This document shows positions 13,663 to 26,414 of a stretch of 64,000 nt of DNA, in pieces. Origin of the DNA: Antedon mediterranea (lineage: Eukaryota; Animalia; Echinodermata); assembly GCF_964355755.1 (NCBI RefSeq), contig NC_092680.1, forward strand, positions 7,192,001 to 7,256,000, given 5' to 3'. The position numbers were made by a program, and so were the translations under genes. Below the pieces are notes generated by a model. That model ran no database searches. It saw nothing but the letters and a program-made list of their open reading frames with translations, and had not been told where the DNA came from. Position 1 is the first letter of the stretch. Each line of letters opens with the position of its first letter.

Positions 13663-13928
13663 TAAAGATTCTGTCAACATCAATCAAACAATATATATTT
13701 TAAAAATCAATTATATTTATTTAAATCAATGCATATAACCTATAATTCGTGCTAGTGAATTAAATCTAATTAGACTTGTGTTTATCTTTAATATTGACAG
13801 AAATAACAAATATTTATTTAGCCAAGTATTTCGCTCAGTTTCTTATCAGTAGTGCATGATATATTTGTATAGTATTTTGGATTATTACACTTAAACTGCT
13901 GTACAGTTACACGTGTTTTTTATTTCAG

Positions 13929-16900
13929 GTCAAGCGCATAAAAATCTTGTTTTTATTTGTAAGCATCATCGTTTGTTTGACGTATATTTTCGTCAGCAAC
14001 ATCGTTGAATCCTTCGTTAACTATCCTATGCCTAAAGAATGCCGAAGGTAGGTACACATTATAAGTTGTAGATGTATTTTACTGCCCCGTCGTCATGAAA
14101 GAACGACTCAACTGCATAAAGCAAGTTTTGAAATAATCAACAATGTCAGTGTTGATGCTTTTTCATGACATTGTGTGTCAATCACATTCAAGAAACCATG
14201 AAAGACTCAATGTAACTGTATTTGTCAAAGTATATCAATTATATATAACAAGAATATACTATAATAATAATGTTATTTTTCCAATAATTTATAATGAGAG
14301 GCCTATTTCTAACTTACCATTAATTAACTCTGTATACTCTGTATGTACATAATGTGATGGTAACACAAGTATACATTATTATATGTGAACAAGAATACAT
14401 TTCTTAATAGATTATTATACATTTAGATTTTTTTTGATAATAATAATTACTTTGTTTTGTGCAATTTGTATTATTCTAGATTGCAATCAAATCTGAAACT
14501 TTGTCAGTTGGGATAGTCCTACTATTCCAGAATGTGTCTGACTACCATGTCTTTGGTTGGTCTCGTTCTTCTTAACCAATTCGTGCAATCTTCTATACAA
14601 CTATTTACTTTATCAGAAAGTGATATCTGTTCACTAAAAAAAAATTTAAAATATGGTATTAATGGGGGTTTTTTTTGTATTTAAAACCAAATGAGATTTA
14701 TTACACAAATAAATATTTCCAATTTATAACATATTTCATTTATTATAATATATATTTGCGCAGTATTTACATTATTTGGTAACCGATTGTTATTAATGAC
14801 CAACATAGAAATTACAACACAGACTATTATTTTGATTTAATAGTTTATTAAATTCAATTCTGTCATTGTATATTTATTTTAGTACATGTACAGAAATATA
14901 TGACATCTAAATCATATTAATAATTATAATAATTGGCGGTTACCAAATAATGGGAACTAATGCAGGAATGGAACGTTGATAATGCGCAAATATATATATT
15001 ATAATAAATGAAATATGTTATAAATTGGAAATATTTATTTTTGTAATAAATCTCATTTGGTTTTAAATACAAAAAAAAACCATTGATACCATTTTTTTTA
15101 TTATATACAGTACAGTACCGTACCAACCAAATTAAATCAAATTTTGCAAATATTTTGTATTAAATGTTATACCACTAAAGAATTCTTGAAAAAAAAGTAT
15201 TTTAAGTCTTTAAGAGTATCCTTCCATCCCCTTCTTCTAACAATATTTGTAGTTTTAATAATAATAAATAATTAGAGTACAGAGTATACATGCAACTATT
15301 AAGAATGTAGGTTATAATAAAGGATTATATTTCAATATTTGATTTTATTTATATTTCATTAATGATAATTATATTGTTTTAGAATAATATCATCAATGTT
15401 TTGTAGGGACCGATTTTGCTTGGTTTCCACTTTGACAGAACACAACGGCGTAGGCACAACGCCGAGCAAAGTGATTATGACGATGACACGGTTAACGTAC
15501 TTGCGTTGCGTCCAGTGGTAACCAAGCTTGAAGCGTGGTTCCCACTAGCGACGCAACGCAAGGACGTAACGCAACGCAAGTGAATTGACCAATCACAAGC
15601 GATGGCTTATTCGCTTGTGATTGCTAACTGTCTATAACTTCACTTGTCATTGGTTAAAACGCTTGCGTTGCGTTTACGTCCTTGCGTTACGTTCTAGTGG
15701 TAACCAAGCTTAATGCTTCCCACGTTTGTTGTATTTTTTTCAAATGGCTACCAACAAGCGGTACCTTTTTTTACTTACATTGTAACATTCCGTTCTTATT
15801 ATTAATAGACTACCATCATCATTTTTTAAAAATTACGATATTACTGACGACCAAAAAAGACAATTACGGTAAGAAAAATGTCTGTCTAAACATGGTAAAT
15901 GAGTTTCTATTATAATGGTATTTATTGATATCAATTGAGGTAGTCAATTTAAACTTTGGACCCATATCTTAGCGTATTCATTTTTTTGCATATTAATTTC
16001 TTCGCATATTTATTTCTAAACCCGTATTCATTTTCTTAACACATTCATATCTTAACATAAATTAATCGTATCTTAGCATATTCATTTCTAAACATTTCAT
16101 TTCTTAACATCATCATAATCTTAGCGTGGTAATGATTTGTTTATTTTTTAAGCATATTTATTTCTTAACGTATTAATTTCTTAACACATTTTTTTCTTAA
16201 CGCATTCATTTCTTAACGCATTCATTTTCTAAGTATATTCATTTCTTAACATAATTATAATCTTAGCATGTTTATTTCTTAACATATTTATTTCTTAAAG
16301 TATTCATTTCCCAACAGTTTATTTCTTAACCTATAGTATATACGGCATTCATTTCTTAGCATATTAACTTAATATCATTTATAACTTATTCATTTTTAAA
16401 CATATTCATTATATTTTCGTAACCAATTCCTTTCATTTCATCACGTACTCAATATTAATTCCATGTGTGAAATTGCATTTTGACTTTGTCAATGAATTAT
16501 TAGTGTTTTAAAACCTAGAATTTATCAGTTATTCTACCAATGTTGCTATTTCCTGTTTTGCAATTTAGAAGCAGCGCAGTGAGAATGAACTATTATCTTT
16601 ATAATTAATGAATTAGATAATAGGAATGATTTTACCATTGTCATTCTAATTTATTACAATATACGACAAATATCACGTGACATTATGTACTTATACTGTC
16701 AGTTTTTGTATGTCTCTATTTATTGCCCACATACACCGAACTCCATAACTATATAACAGTAAAACATCTTGATAAGATTTTATGACTATAAATGTGTCTC
16801 ATCGTTTTCGTTGGTATCATGACAATTGTTTGGATGCTCTTTGTATCTTTTGATGTGTTTTTTCATTATCGTGTTTAAGAGCTTATCTGTGTACAAACAT

Positions 16901-18604
16901 AACATTTTAAATATTTTATATATTTGACAATAAATGCTGTGCAAGCAGCGCATTCATTTTTACTTTTAAATTAACAGTTATCGACATAATATAATAATAC
17001 ATATAATAATTATATATCTACACAATCAATTTTCAGTCATGAATATCTATCAATGTTTTTATACATTGTTCATTTATGTTATTTACCAAATCATTAGAAT
17101 TAAAATTGAAATACATTTTAACAATATCTAACGTTTCTATTTCGTATAAAAAAAACATACGATTATTTACCACATAGGCCTAAATAAGATTTATTGAATT
17201 ATTGAATTGAACAAAATATTGATACTAAAATAACATTGTCATTTTTCGTATCCATCAACTAAGGTAGGCATACTTTTCTATTAATAATTAATTTCTATTA
17301 ATGTTAAATACGGGAACTTGTGTTAGTTGAATATAGCCAAGTAGGCGTAAGCAACAGTTTGATCGCTTACGATTATTTTTTACGTCATAGTTCAAGCTTG
17401 GACATTTATAAGGATAATGATTATTTTATTTCAGAAAATTGATGAAGACATGTTTCCCACTAGATTCTGCTTTTTTGGTTTATAAAGAAACAGATGTAGG
17501 GACGGACAAGTTAAGATTTAAACAAGGCTTCAATTTGTTTGAATACATGTCTAGTTTTACCACATCGAACACTGGAACAAACTCTATGATTAACAAGAGC
17601 CATTTTAAATCCATTACATTTCAAAGAGATTGTGCCATTGTCGGGAATGGAGGTATTCTTATTGGCAGTAAATGTGGAAAAAACATCAACAATCATAATT
17701 TTGTGTTACGTTCCAATCTGGCTCCGATTGTGAATTACGAGGATGACGTTGGTATTAAAACAAATATGACAGTTTTAAACCGACAAATAATAAGTCAAGT
17801 TATAAACACAGTGGATCAGAAAGGTGCGCTGGGTAAAAGATTTCTCGAGCGAATTCAGTATTTGAATGATTCTATTTTATGGTACAGTAAAGACACTCGA
17901 GTATATTTTAAAAAAAGACAGTTACAATTACTCAGTAAAATTCTGAAAAATAAATACAATCTTCCCATTCAATTTGGTTACAGTTGGAGAAGCGTCGACC
18001 CACTTACAAAATGGTGAGTAAAATGATTTTAAAGGAAGCACAGTATTCAATGTTTGTATAGGATTTATTAGTCATCTTAGGGCCGGAAATGACACTTTCG
18101 TTCAAATCACGTGTTATGTAACCCCCCAACCCCCCCACCCCCTTCCCCAAAAAGTAATAGGCCTATCTTTGATTTTTTTTGCGAAAATATGCGATTAACG
18201 CGATTAAATTCGCCTAGTGAAAACTGGCTTTTCGATATTTTCCCACCCGATTTTATCACATGAATGTAAAGATCGTTGAATATACAAGTTGAATATTTGC
18301 ATATTATTAATTATTAATTATTTATTTCGTCATAAACAGGTTCTGGGGTACGGGTATTGATGTTCCACACCTAACAACTGGTTTTAACACGTTCACCGTT
18401 GCTGCGTCGCTGTGTAATAATGTTACTCTTTACGGATTCTACCCGTTCTACAATGATACTAATGGAAAACCTCTACGTTACCATTATTACGACAAGACCA
18501 ATGTTCTTGGAAATCATAGGGTACATGATATGCCGAAAGAATATAAGTTACTTACTCGACTCAACGCGTCAGGAGTATTACGGTTGGTGACGCATTGTAA
18601 TTGA
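13929..18604 (+). CDS. Alpha-2,8-sialyltransferase (ST8Sia family, GT29)
   Basis: Exons 13929-14047 (type II TM: VKRIKILFLFVSIIVCLTYIFV), 17435-18013 (sialylmotif L: CAIVGNGGILIGSKCG..INNHNFVLRSN) and 18340-18604 (motif S LTTG..LYGFYPF, motif III YHYYD, VS HDMPKE, C-terminal Cys). Both introns are phase 2 and GT-AG. The start codon is not in these exons; a candidate micro-exon is ATGGCTAAC|GTAAGT at 4783-4791. Confidence 0.92.
14650..15097. repeat. AT-rich fold-back (inverted repeat, ~110-bp arms)
   Basis: 14652-14762 is the reverse complement of ~14982-15097. Confidence 0.8.
15418..15711. mobile_element. Two adjacent PIF/Harbinger-like palindromic MITEs
   Basis: TIRs (A)GCTTGGTTYCCACT / AGTGGTAACCAAGCT with internal ACGCA/TGCGT repeats. 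Same family as 45714-45871. Confidence 0.75.
15963..16420. repeat. Degenerate ~18-bp AT-rich minisatellite
   Basis: Repeated CATTCATTTCTTAACG-like unit. Confidence 0.8.
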
Positions 18605-18629
18605 AATAACGAATTGTTCATCAAGGACC

Positions 18630-21600
18630 CCAATTGATACAGGAAAGGGGGTGGGATTGCTGTATACATTATAAATAGAAATGGTGGTTTCACTGTCTTA
18701 CAAGGTAAAAAATGACCTTTGTATCAATGAATTAGATATCATCATCTTAGAGATTAGGCAACTTAATTGTAAACCTTTCTTTTTAATTTGTTGGTATCGT
18801 CCACCTAGTTCAAACTTAAGTATTTTAGAAGAATTTGATCTTTGTTAGAAAGTATAGAATCTACAAATGATGTCATGGTTGTCGGTGATGTAAATTGCTA
18901 CTTGTTAAATCCAAACCCGTCATGTTACACTACAAAATGATTCTAATGTTTATTTTTCTGTTTCACAAATCACTAGCATGTTGCAGAAGCTTAAAACAAA
19001 CAAGGCTGCAGGCCCAGACAACTTGTCTCCCAAGCTTCTCCAGCTCTGTGCCCCGACATTTGCCCCAGTTCTTTACGAGTTGTTTAAAATTTCAATTTCA
19101 TCAGGTTGTGTGCCATAAGGTTGGAAGAGGGCACATGTCACCCCTATCTTTAAGAAAGGAGTGACTGCCGATTTTAACAACTACCGGTACCGCCCGGTGG
19201 CTTTAACATCTGTTGTGGGTAAATTGCTGGAGAGGCTTGTGGTGCAAGCACTTCTAAAACGTGCTACTGACAATTGCTTGTTTATCGAAAACCAACATGG
19301 GTTTTTACCTAATAAATCATGTGCCACGCAACTTGCAACTATTATCCATGACTGGTCCTCTATTTTAGATAAAAGATCTCCACCCCATATTGATGCCATT
19401 TTTTTAGATATCTCGAAGGCCTTTGACCGGATGCCTCATGACATTCTCCTCAATAAGCTTTCCCAGCAATTTAACATTACTGGTGATATATGGTACTGGT
19501 TAAAGTCTTTTTTAATTAAAATATACCAAAAGGTTCAATTTAAAGGGTCTTCATCTAACTGGGTGGAGGTAACCAGTGGGGTACCTCAAGGCAGTGTACT
19601 CGGTTCCATTCTTTTTAACTTTTTTATTAACGATATTATTTGTTCACTTAAATGTAAAACTGCTATTTTTGCTGATGATACTCTTATTTATAATGCAATT
19701 AACTCTCCTCAGGATTCTCTAAACCTTCAAGTTGATCTGGACCGACTTGGTCTGTGGAGCCAAGCAAATCGCATGCCTTTCAATGTTATGAAGACGAATG
19801 TCCTGCATGTCACACGTTCGCGTAACAGACAGTTGTCTAAATACCTTTTGTATGGCTCTCATATTAGTCCGGTGACATCTTTTAAATACCTTGGTGTTAT
19901 TTTTAATTCAAAATTGACCTGGAATGACCATGTCCATGTCATTGTTTCCAAAGCTAAACGTATGTTGGGCTTTGTTTGGAGTGTGGCTGGACATGCTTAG
20001 ACCAGTGCATTTTTGTCTTTGTACAAAAGTCTTGTTTTGCCTGGTCTGGAGTATGCGCAACCTGCTTGGTTTCCATGGACGAAGTCTTTGTCAGATCAGC
20101 TTGAGGGGTCCATAGGAGAGCAACTCGTCTTGCTCTCAAACAGCATTGTGGACAGATGTGCTTTGAGGAGAGGTTAAATTTGCTTTCAGTTTCATCTTTG
20201 TCTGTTAGAAGAGATAAATTTCTTATTATATTTTGTTTTAAGGTTCTGGTGGGGTTTCTGGACTGCAGCACAGTTCATAACTGTATTTTAATAAATACTC
20301 GTCACAATGATCGCTTGTGCTTCAGACATCAAGCTTCAAGGACACAGGCTTTTTTCCATTCTATAGCAATCAGGTTACCCCGTGTCTGGGACCAGCTTCC
20401 CAGACCGTTGACAGATGCTGCAGTCCTAGAAAGCCCATCAGCCTTCATTAGAAAAGTTCATATTCATTTTGATTCGCTGTAACTGTATTTTGTCTTTACG
20501 TCTTTTATGTGTAAACTGACTTTGGGGTTGGGTCAACCGGCTCAGCTACAGTGATTAAGTTCACTTAGGTTGACCCTGGTCTCCCCAATTTCATTTTTTT
20601 TTGTTTTGTATATAGTTAAATAGACCAAATAAATAATGAAATTAAATATTACTACAAATTATCACCTAAAACAACTAATTGATAAACCTACCAGAATTAC
20701 TAACAATAGCAAAACACTTGTAGACCATATCTATACATCATTACCCGAAAAAGTAAGTTCTTGTGGAGTATTATATGTACTGGTATTAGTGACCATTCTA
20801 TGGTGTATGCCTCTCTATAAAAAAACTAAAAGTCACACTAAATTTAACCCAAAGTTTAAACCTAATAGAAAATATAAACATTTCAATGTGGAAGCATTCA
20901 TTCATGATATAAGCAATGTAAATTGGAATGAAATCAAAAGTCACACTGATGTAGATAATGCCCTAAATTATTTTGAGTACAGGTTTCTTAATATAGCTAA
21001 CACTCATGCCCCAATTAAAATGATACGAGTTCACCATAAAAAAAATCCCTATGGATGACAGACCAACTTATAAATGAAATGAGGAAAAGAGACAAGTTAA
21101 AAAAGACATTTAACAAATCACCCTCCTCTCAAGTCTGGAAGAAATTTTAAAAACAAAGAAATTCGGTAAATTTGCTAATTCAAAAATGTCAAAAGTTTAT
21201 TTTGCAGAAAATCTAATAAATCAAATAAAAAAAAACAAATAAGTCTAAGAACATATGAGAAAATATAAGATACATTGTTCCAAGTAAACAGAAAAACTCA
21301 GACATTAATAACATCAAGACAGAGAATGGTCTTGAATCAACCCCATCTGTAATTGCTAATACAATGAACGCTTATTTTGCTAATATAGGACCTAAACTGG
21401 CTGAAAATATTCCTAAAACCAATCAATTAAATTGCAGGAAACCTATCTCAACCAATAATAATTTTTCTTTTTGTAAAGTAAAACAAGATTACATAATTAT
21501 ACAAGCTATACTCTTTAATATGTCAACTAAAAAAGCAACTGGAAATGATGAAATCCCTTGTAAATTGATAAAATTAGCAATTAACTATATTTTAGACCCA

Positions 21601-22460
21601 ATAACTTTTATTGTTAACTTATCTATAGCTACAGGTCGTTTTCCAAAAAAATTAAAAAGTGCTAAAATTTGTCCAATTTTCAAAATTCAGAACAACACGG
21701 GTCCTTGCAATTATCGACCCATATCTGTTTTACCATCTATTTTTGATGAATTTTATCCTTATTTAAACTCTCTCTCCTTAATCTATGAAAACCAATCTGG
21801 CTTTAGACCTAACTTTTCTACTTCATCTGCTCTGATTAATGTAACTGAAGACTGGATTGACGCAATTGACAAAGGCAAATATGTTGGTCTTGTCATGCTT
21901 GATTTAAACAAAGCTTTTGACACTGTCAACCATGATATCCTTGTAAATAAGTTGTCATATTTTGATGTTGATTTAAATGGTGTAAACTGGTTCAGAAATT
22001 ATTTAACTGACCGTAACCATAACAAATGTAAATGGCTTCTTCTCAGAATCATGTAACAGTGTCTGTGGGATACCGGAGGGGTCTATCCTGGGCCCATTGT
22101 TGTTTTTATTGTATATAAACGATCTTCCAGATGTTGTTAAAAATGTTAAACTGAGTATGTATGCAGATGCTTTGTATTACATATCTAAAGATCCAAAAGA
22201 TATTGTTAACAAAATTAACAGTGACCTTATAAATATAACTAGCTGGCTATGCAACAACAAACTAAGCTTAAATGTAAATAAGACAGAGTTCATTGGTTCG
22301 CATAATTAATTATCAAAGCTATCAAACACAGACTTAAATATTAATATAAATGGAATCCCCCTTCAAAGGGTTTCACACTGTAAATTAACACCTAGGTATT
22401 CAAATTGATAAACCTCTAGCCTGGAACAAACATGTTGAACTTATTAAAAACAAAGTTCTG
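18630..22460 (+). mobile_element. Degenerate CR1/L2-group LINE (APE + RT), interrupted by a nested LINE
   Basis: RKGGGIAVYI, WYRPPSS and VGDVN in 18640-18900. Resumes at 20636 with QLIDKPTRITNNSKTLVDHIY, then NYRPISVL, QSGFRP, LDLNKAFDTVNH and MYAD (ORFs 21364-22056, 22097-22309). Confidence 0.88.
18945..20635 (+). mobile_element. Nested 5'-truncated CR1-type LINE (RT region)
   Basis: ORF 19161-20000: YRPVALTSVVGK, QHGF, LDISKAFD, SGVPQGSVLG, FADD, FKYLG. Ends in (AAAT)n at 20625-20635; AATGA direct repeat at the junctions. Confidence 0.88.
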
Positions 22461-22464
22461 CCAG

Positions 22465-22849
22465 TAGGCTAGTCAATCTATCAAAAAAACAGCCCAAAGT
22501 GAAACAAATTGCAAACAAAGATTTTTCTTTTATAAATGGTCGTATATGATAAGGAGATCAAAATGTGTGCATCACACCTCTGTCACTCATCCCGATGATA
22601 TACAAATTAGCTTAAATATGCAAATTAGGGTGAAATTACAGAAAAAAACTACTAGTCCGAGAGAGTTGATTTGTTCACTGATTTATTCAAAATATATGGT
22701 AACCTGTAATTTCACCCTAATTTGCATATTTAAGCTAATTTGCATATTTAAGCTAATTTGCATGTCATCGGGATTAGTGACAGAGGTGTGATGCTCAAAT
22801 TTTGATCTTTGCAATTTGTTTCACTCAAAATGATAGATTGCCTAGCCTA
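22465..22849. mobile_element. Palindromic MITE with TAG...CTA termini
   Basis: TAGGCTAGTCAATCTATC / GATAGATTGCCTAGCCTA ends and a long internal inverted repeat (22556-22642 vs 22703-22807). No clear TSD. Confidence 0.75.
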
Positions 22850-23920
22850 ACAATACTAAAGGCATTTGAAAATAAAGAGTTCGTAATTACCACATTTATG
22901 GATTTGTCAAAGGCATATTAGAACAAGCTATATTCCACGATGGTATAAGAGGTGTTACACTAAAATGGTTCAGTAACTATTTAAAATTACGAAAACAGTA
23001 TGTTTCTATAAAATGGTACCTCGTCTAATATTAAGGAGACTAGTATTGGTGTTCAACAAGGCCATTTATTGTTTCTTGTATATGTAATGAAGCAACAGGG
23101 TTCAAGTGTGGAAATAACCTGAACGCATTGGCAAACACGATGAATGTGAAACTAGTTATAATTAATATGTGGTTCAAAGTTATTAAACTTCTAACAACAC
23201 AAACTTCAAACACCAGCAAAACAAATTACGTAAACTTTAAAACTGTCAAAAGGCGTATTATTACAACCAACATTGAATTGAACATGAATAACATTACATT
23301 AGAACAAAATAAAAACATTTCTTGGCGTTTTAATAAGTGAGAACCTTTGCTGGAAAATCATATAAGGCTTATTAGCAAAAGAACCGCTAGGTCTATTGGA
23401 ATATTAATAAAAACTAGACATTTTTTTCCAAACTATATTTTAACAAATCTGTATAATACACTAGTTCTATCGTACCTCCAGTATGTGGGGCAGTACATGA
23501 TAGTACACTAGAATCCATTCTTAAGCTCCAGAAAAAGGCTGCTAGAATTATTTTATTTAAAAAGCCATGGCAACATTCTGAGCCATTGTTTAAGCAATTG
23601 AATATACTTAAATAAAATATATCAACATAGTTACAGTCATAGGTTTCATGGCCCAGATTAGAAGTAATGTTTTACCCAGACGAATCCAAATGATATTCAA
23701 AAGAAAACGAAAATACTACTCATAATCTTCGAAATTATTTGTAACATAGAACAACCATACTCTAAGTTAACCTCTGGTCAACATTTTATCAGTATACATG
23801 GACCGAAACTATTGAACGAGCTGTAAAAATGAGCTAGATATTGTTAAAAAAATTTTAAAAATACTAAAAAAATATGTTAAAAGAGACATTTTATCAAATT
23901 ACTGTACTTAAAATGCTTCT
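22850..23920 (+). mobile_element. Second highly degenerate CR1-group RT fragment
   Basis: FMDLSKA, GIRGVTLKWFSNYL, IGVQQG and LQKKAARII remnants with frameshifts. Confidence 0.7.
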
Positions 23921-24099
23921 TCACTCACTAAATATAATATGCATATATTATATTTAGTGAGTGTGTGTATTAGTTCGTTTTATATTATACAATTACTGTA
24001 AAATCCATGTAATGTAAATATTTATATTGCTGAGTAAATATGAATGAGTATAATAGGAATTGTACTTCTGAAAAATGCCGTCCATTTTCATAGTCATGA

Positions 24100-25200
24100 C
24101 TGTTAGTTTCTTCTGTTGTTTGGTGTTCACCAACTCCTTTTGAATTACAGTGCAGATTTCCGGGGTGCATGATCTCTTGTAGATAAGAAGAATGATTAAA
24201 AATACAGGATCTCCGTAGCAAGGGCAAGCGATTCGTGTACCCTCTTACAACGTTTGTAGTGTTTACCCTTGGTGAAGCCGTTAATTGAACCTTTAGCTAG
24301 AACTTGAGGTCCTCTAGACTCGGCCATTATTTTTCCAAATGCACTAAAAAGTGCCAACTCTAAATGAAATGAACATAGCGCAACAAACACATTGTCAATG
24401 TTTGTTGCTCTTTGCTCTGAATTTACATTGCAAACTTTGCAATAACCAAGTCATAGGTAACAGCTATAGATTTTTTCCGCATTCTTCTGCAATAGACAAG
24501 GACCTTTTTAATGTCTCCACCACAACAGCATAAAAAGTATGGTGACTGATTGATTTGTGGAAGATACCAAATCTTGTGAAGGGTTCATCATGTGCATTCC
24601 ATTCTACCCACCTTGGCGTGTCTTTATTTTGACTGGCATCGGCCATCAACAGAATATCCTTTTTCCATGTTGTATAATCTTGCCTAGTTTCAAACTTCGT
24701 TCGCCTTTCGTCATCTAATGACAACATATTGGACAACAACTTTGGCTTCTTCCGGTATGGTTAAATATCCAAGCCAGTATAGCCTCGTGTGCACGCCGCC
24801 GTTTTCTTATCAAGGGTTGACTAGTTACTGATGAAGCTGATATCTCAGATATTAGTATAGTTACAGATGACTCTGAGCTTAGTAGATTCAATAGGTTAAT
24901 CAGAAGTAATATTTCGATTTTGACCAGGAACGACTTCAATTTGATAAGCTATTCCAACAGTATCATGCAAAGTATCTTTGAGTGGTCTCAAACTGTACCA
25001 ATTCCACATTCTGCTGAAAAAGTCATTCCGTTTGGTGTTGTTTTGTTACTTTTTTCTGGGCTGAAACGTCAACTCTGTTTAAATTTCTTGCGTAACATGG
25101 TAGCTCGCGCAGTGGCCTAACCGGTTCATCATTTCCAGACCCTTCCTACTGCCAGTTAAACTTTTTAATAGCCATACCAATCAAAATATGTTTATTTATA
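24100..25200 (-). mobile_element. Academ-like transposase remnant
   Basis: ORF 24196-24390 SFHLELALFSAFGKIMAES..KGSINGFTKGKHYKRCKRVH matches the G-x-FH...G..F..GKHY.RC.R.H pattern of this transposase class (recalled, not searched). Confidence 0.55.
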
Positions 25201-25479
25201 AAAATTCAGTGACTTATTTCTATTTTAAATCACTGTGCTTCACTGGTGCCTAATTGGGCCCATTTGAGCACAGTGTATTAACATACGAAAATATATTTAA
25301 ATTAGTGACTTTAATTATTTCTATTCTTTATCACTGTGCTCCACTGGTGCCAAATTTCATTCACTGGACCAGTTACCGTAGTACTATTTCTATTTCGGAA
25401 GTAAATAAAGGATAAATGGCGTTCGTAGAGAATGCTCCATCGTCAGAATGCCGCTCTGAATATACCTCACCTGCGATGA

Positions 25480-25780
25480 AAATAATAAATTCAATTTCTT
25501 TTAAAATTAAGGGCGGCAAACATAAAAGATGTTAAATTTTCTCTCCCTGCCTCAGCACTATAAGGCCCTGCCACAGCCTTTTGGGGTCGTTTCCAGCACA
25601 TTACCAGATGCATTGATGTTGTCGCCTCATGATGTGTGGTGGAAAGGGGGACGTATAATTCTGTGAACCCAAACACAGTTGGTCGCACACCTTTAACTCT
25701 ATTCCACCGACCAGCGTGGGAATCAAACCCATGACATACGTGTTGTCAACACGACGCTCAGGCGACTGAGCTAACTGGTC
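25480..25780 (-). mobile_element. tRNA-derived SINE (tRNA-like head ~25708-25780)
   Basis: Minus strand GACCAGTTAGCTCAGTCG (A box) ... GGTTTGATTCCC (degenerate B box) ... CTGGTC closing the acceptor stem, followed by a body and an AT-rich tail. Confidence 0.7.
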
Positions 25781-26291
25781 ATTTTGGTTTTCTGACAAGG
25801 TTAATATGATATTTATGACGTAATGATGAATTACGTAATACACGTATAAATAGACTATTATCAGCTGTTCAGTCATGTACCTACTATGTGTCGTACGGGT
25901 AATGCTCAGATTTGAGTGCTCTCAGCTCTAGTAAATTGGGTTCGAACCTCTACGGAATTTTTTTTAATGAAAAATAATGAATATTTTTTCTCTCTTTTAT
26001 TTTGATGGTTGTAAATGTGAGGCCTAAACAAGTGGACCTTTTTGAAAATTATAAACAAAGTTGCATGGCATTAGTTTTCCATTAAATAGACTGCCATAAA
26101 ACCTCGAAAAGAAGCCCATGTGCTCCTTTATTTTTAGTACTCTTGGGTGGGCTTCCTTTCCACATGGAGTTCTTTTCGAGATTACTTTTGCAAACTACGA
26201 GGAGCTACTAGGTTCCCGCCCGGAAAATGTTTTATTTACATGATTTGAACAATCTTTTAATGTAAAGATTAACAACATTACAATTTTAAAC

Positions 26292-26325
26292 ATGAGGACG
26301 ATCAAAGCATATTGATCGAAACGTC
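26292..26325 (+). ncRNA. Degenerate minimal type I hammerhead motif (Penelope-like)
   Basis: aTGAGGA-c-GATCAA-agcata-TTGATC-GAAACGTC. The first core base is A instead of C. Confidence 0.45.
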
Positions 26326-26414
26326 GAGAAACTCAACAGTTCTTTTCAGAACTAATATACGTGGTGTACCGCAAACTTTATTTAAACAAAGGATATTGTT
26401 GTTCCTTAAATTTA

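Noticed and set aside
25708-25780. Functional tRNA gene
   Set aside because: Degenerate D-loop and B box, and it continues into a SINE-like body and tail.
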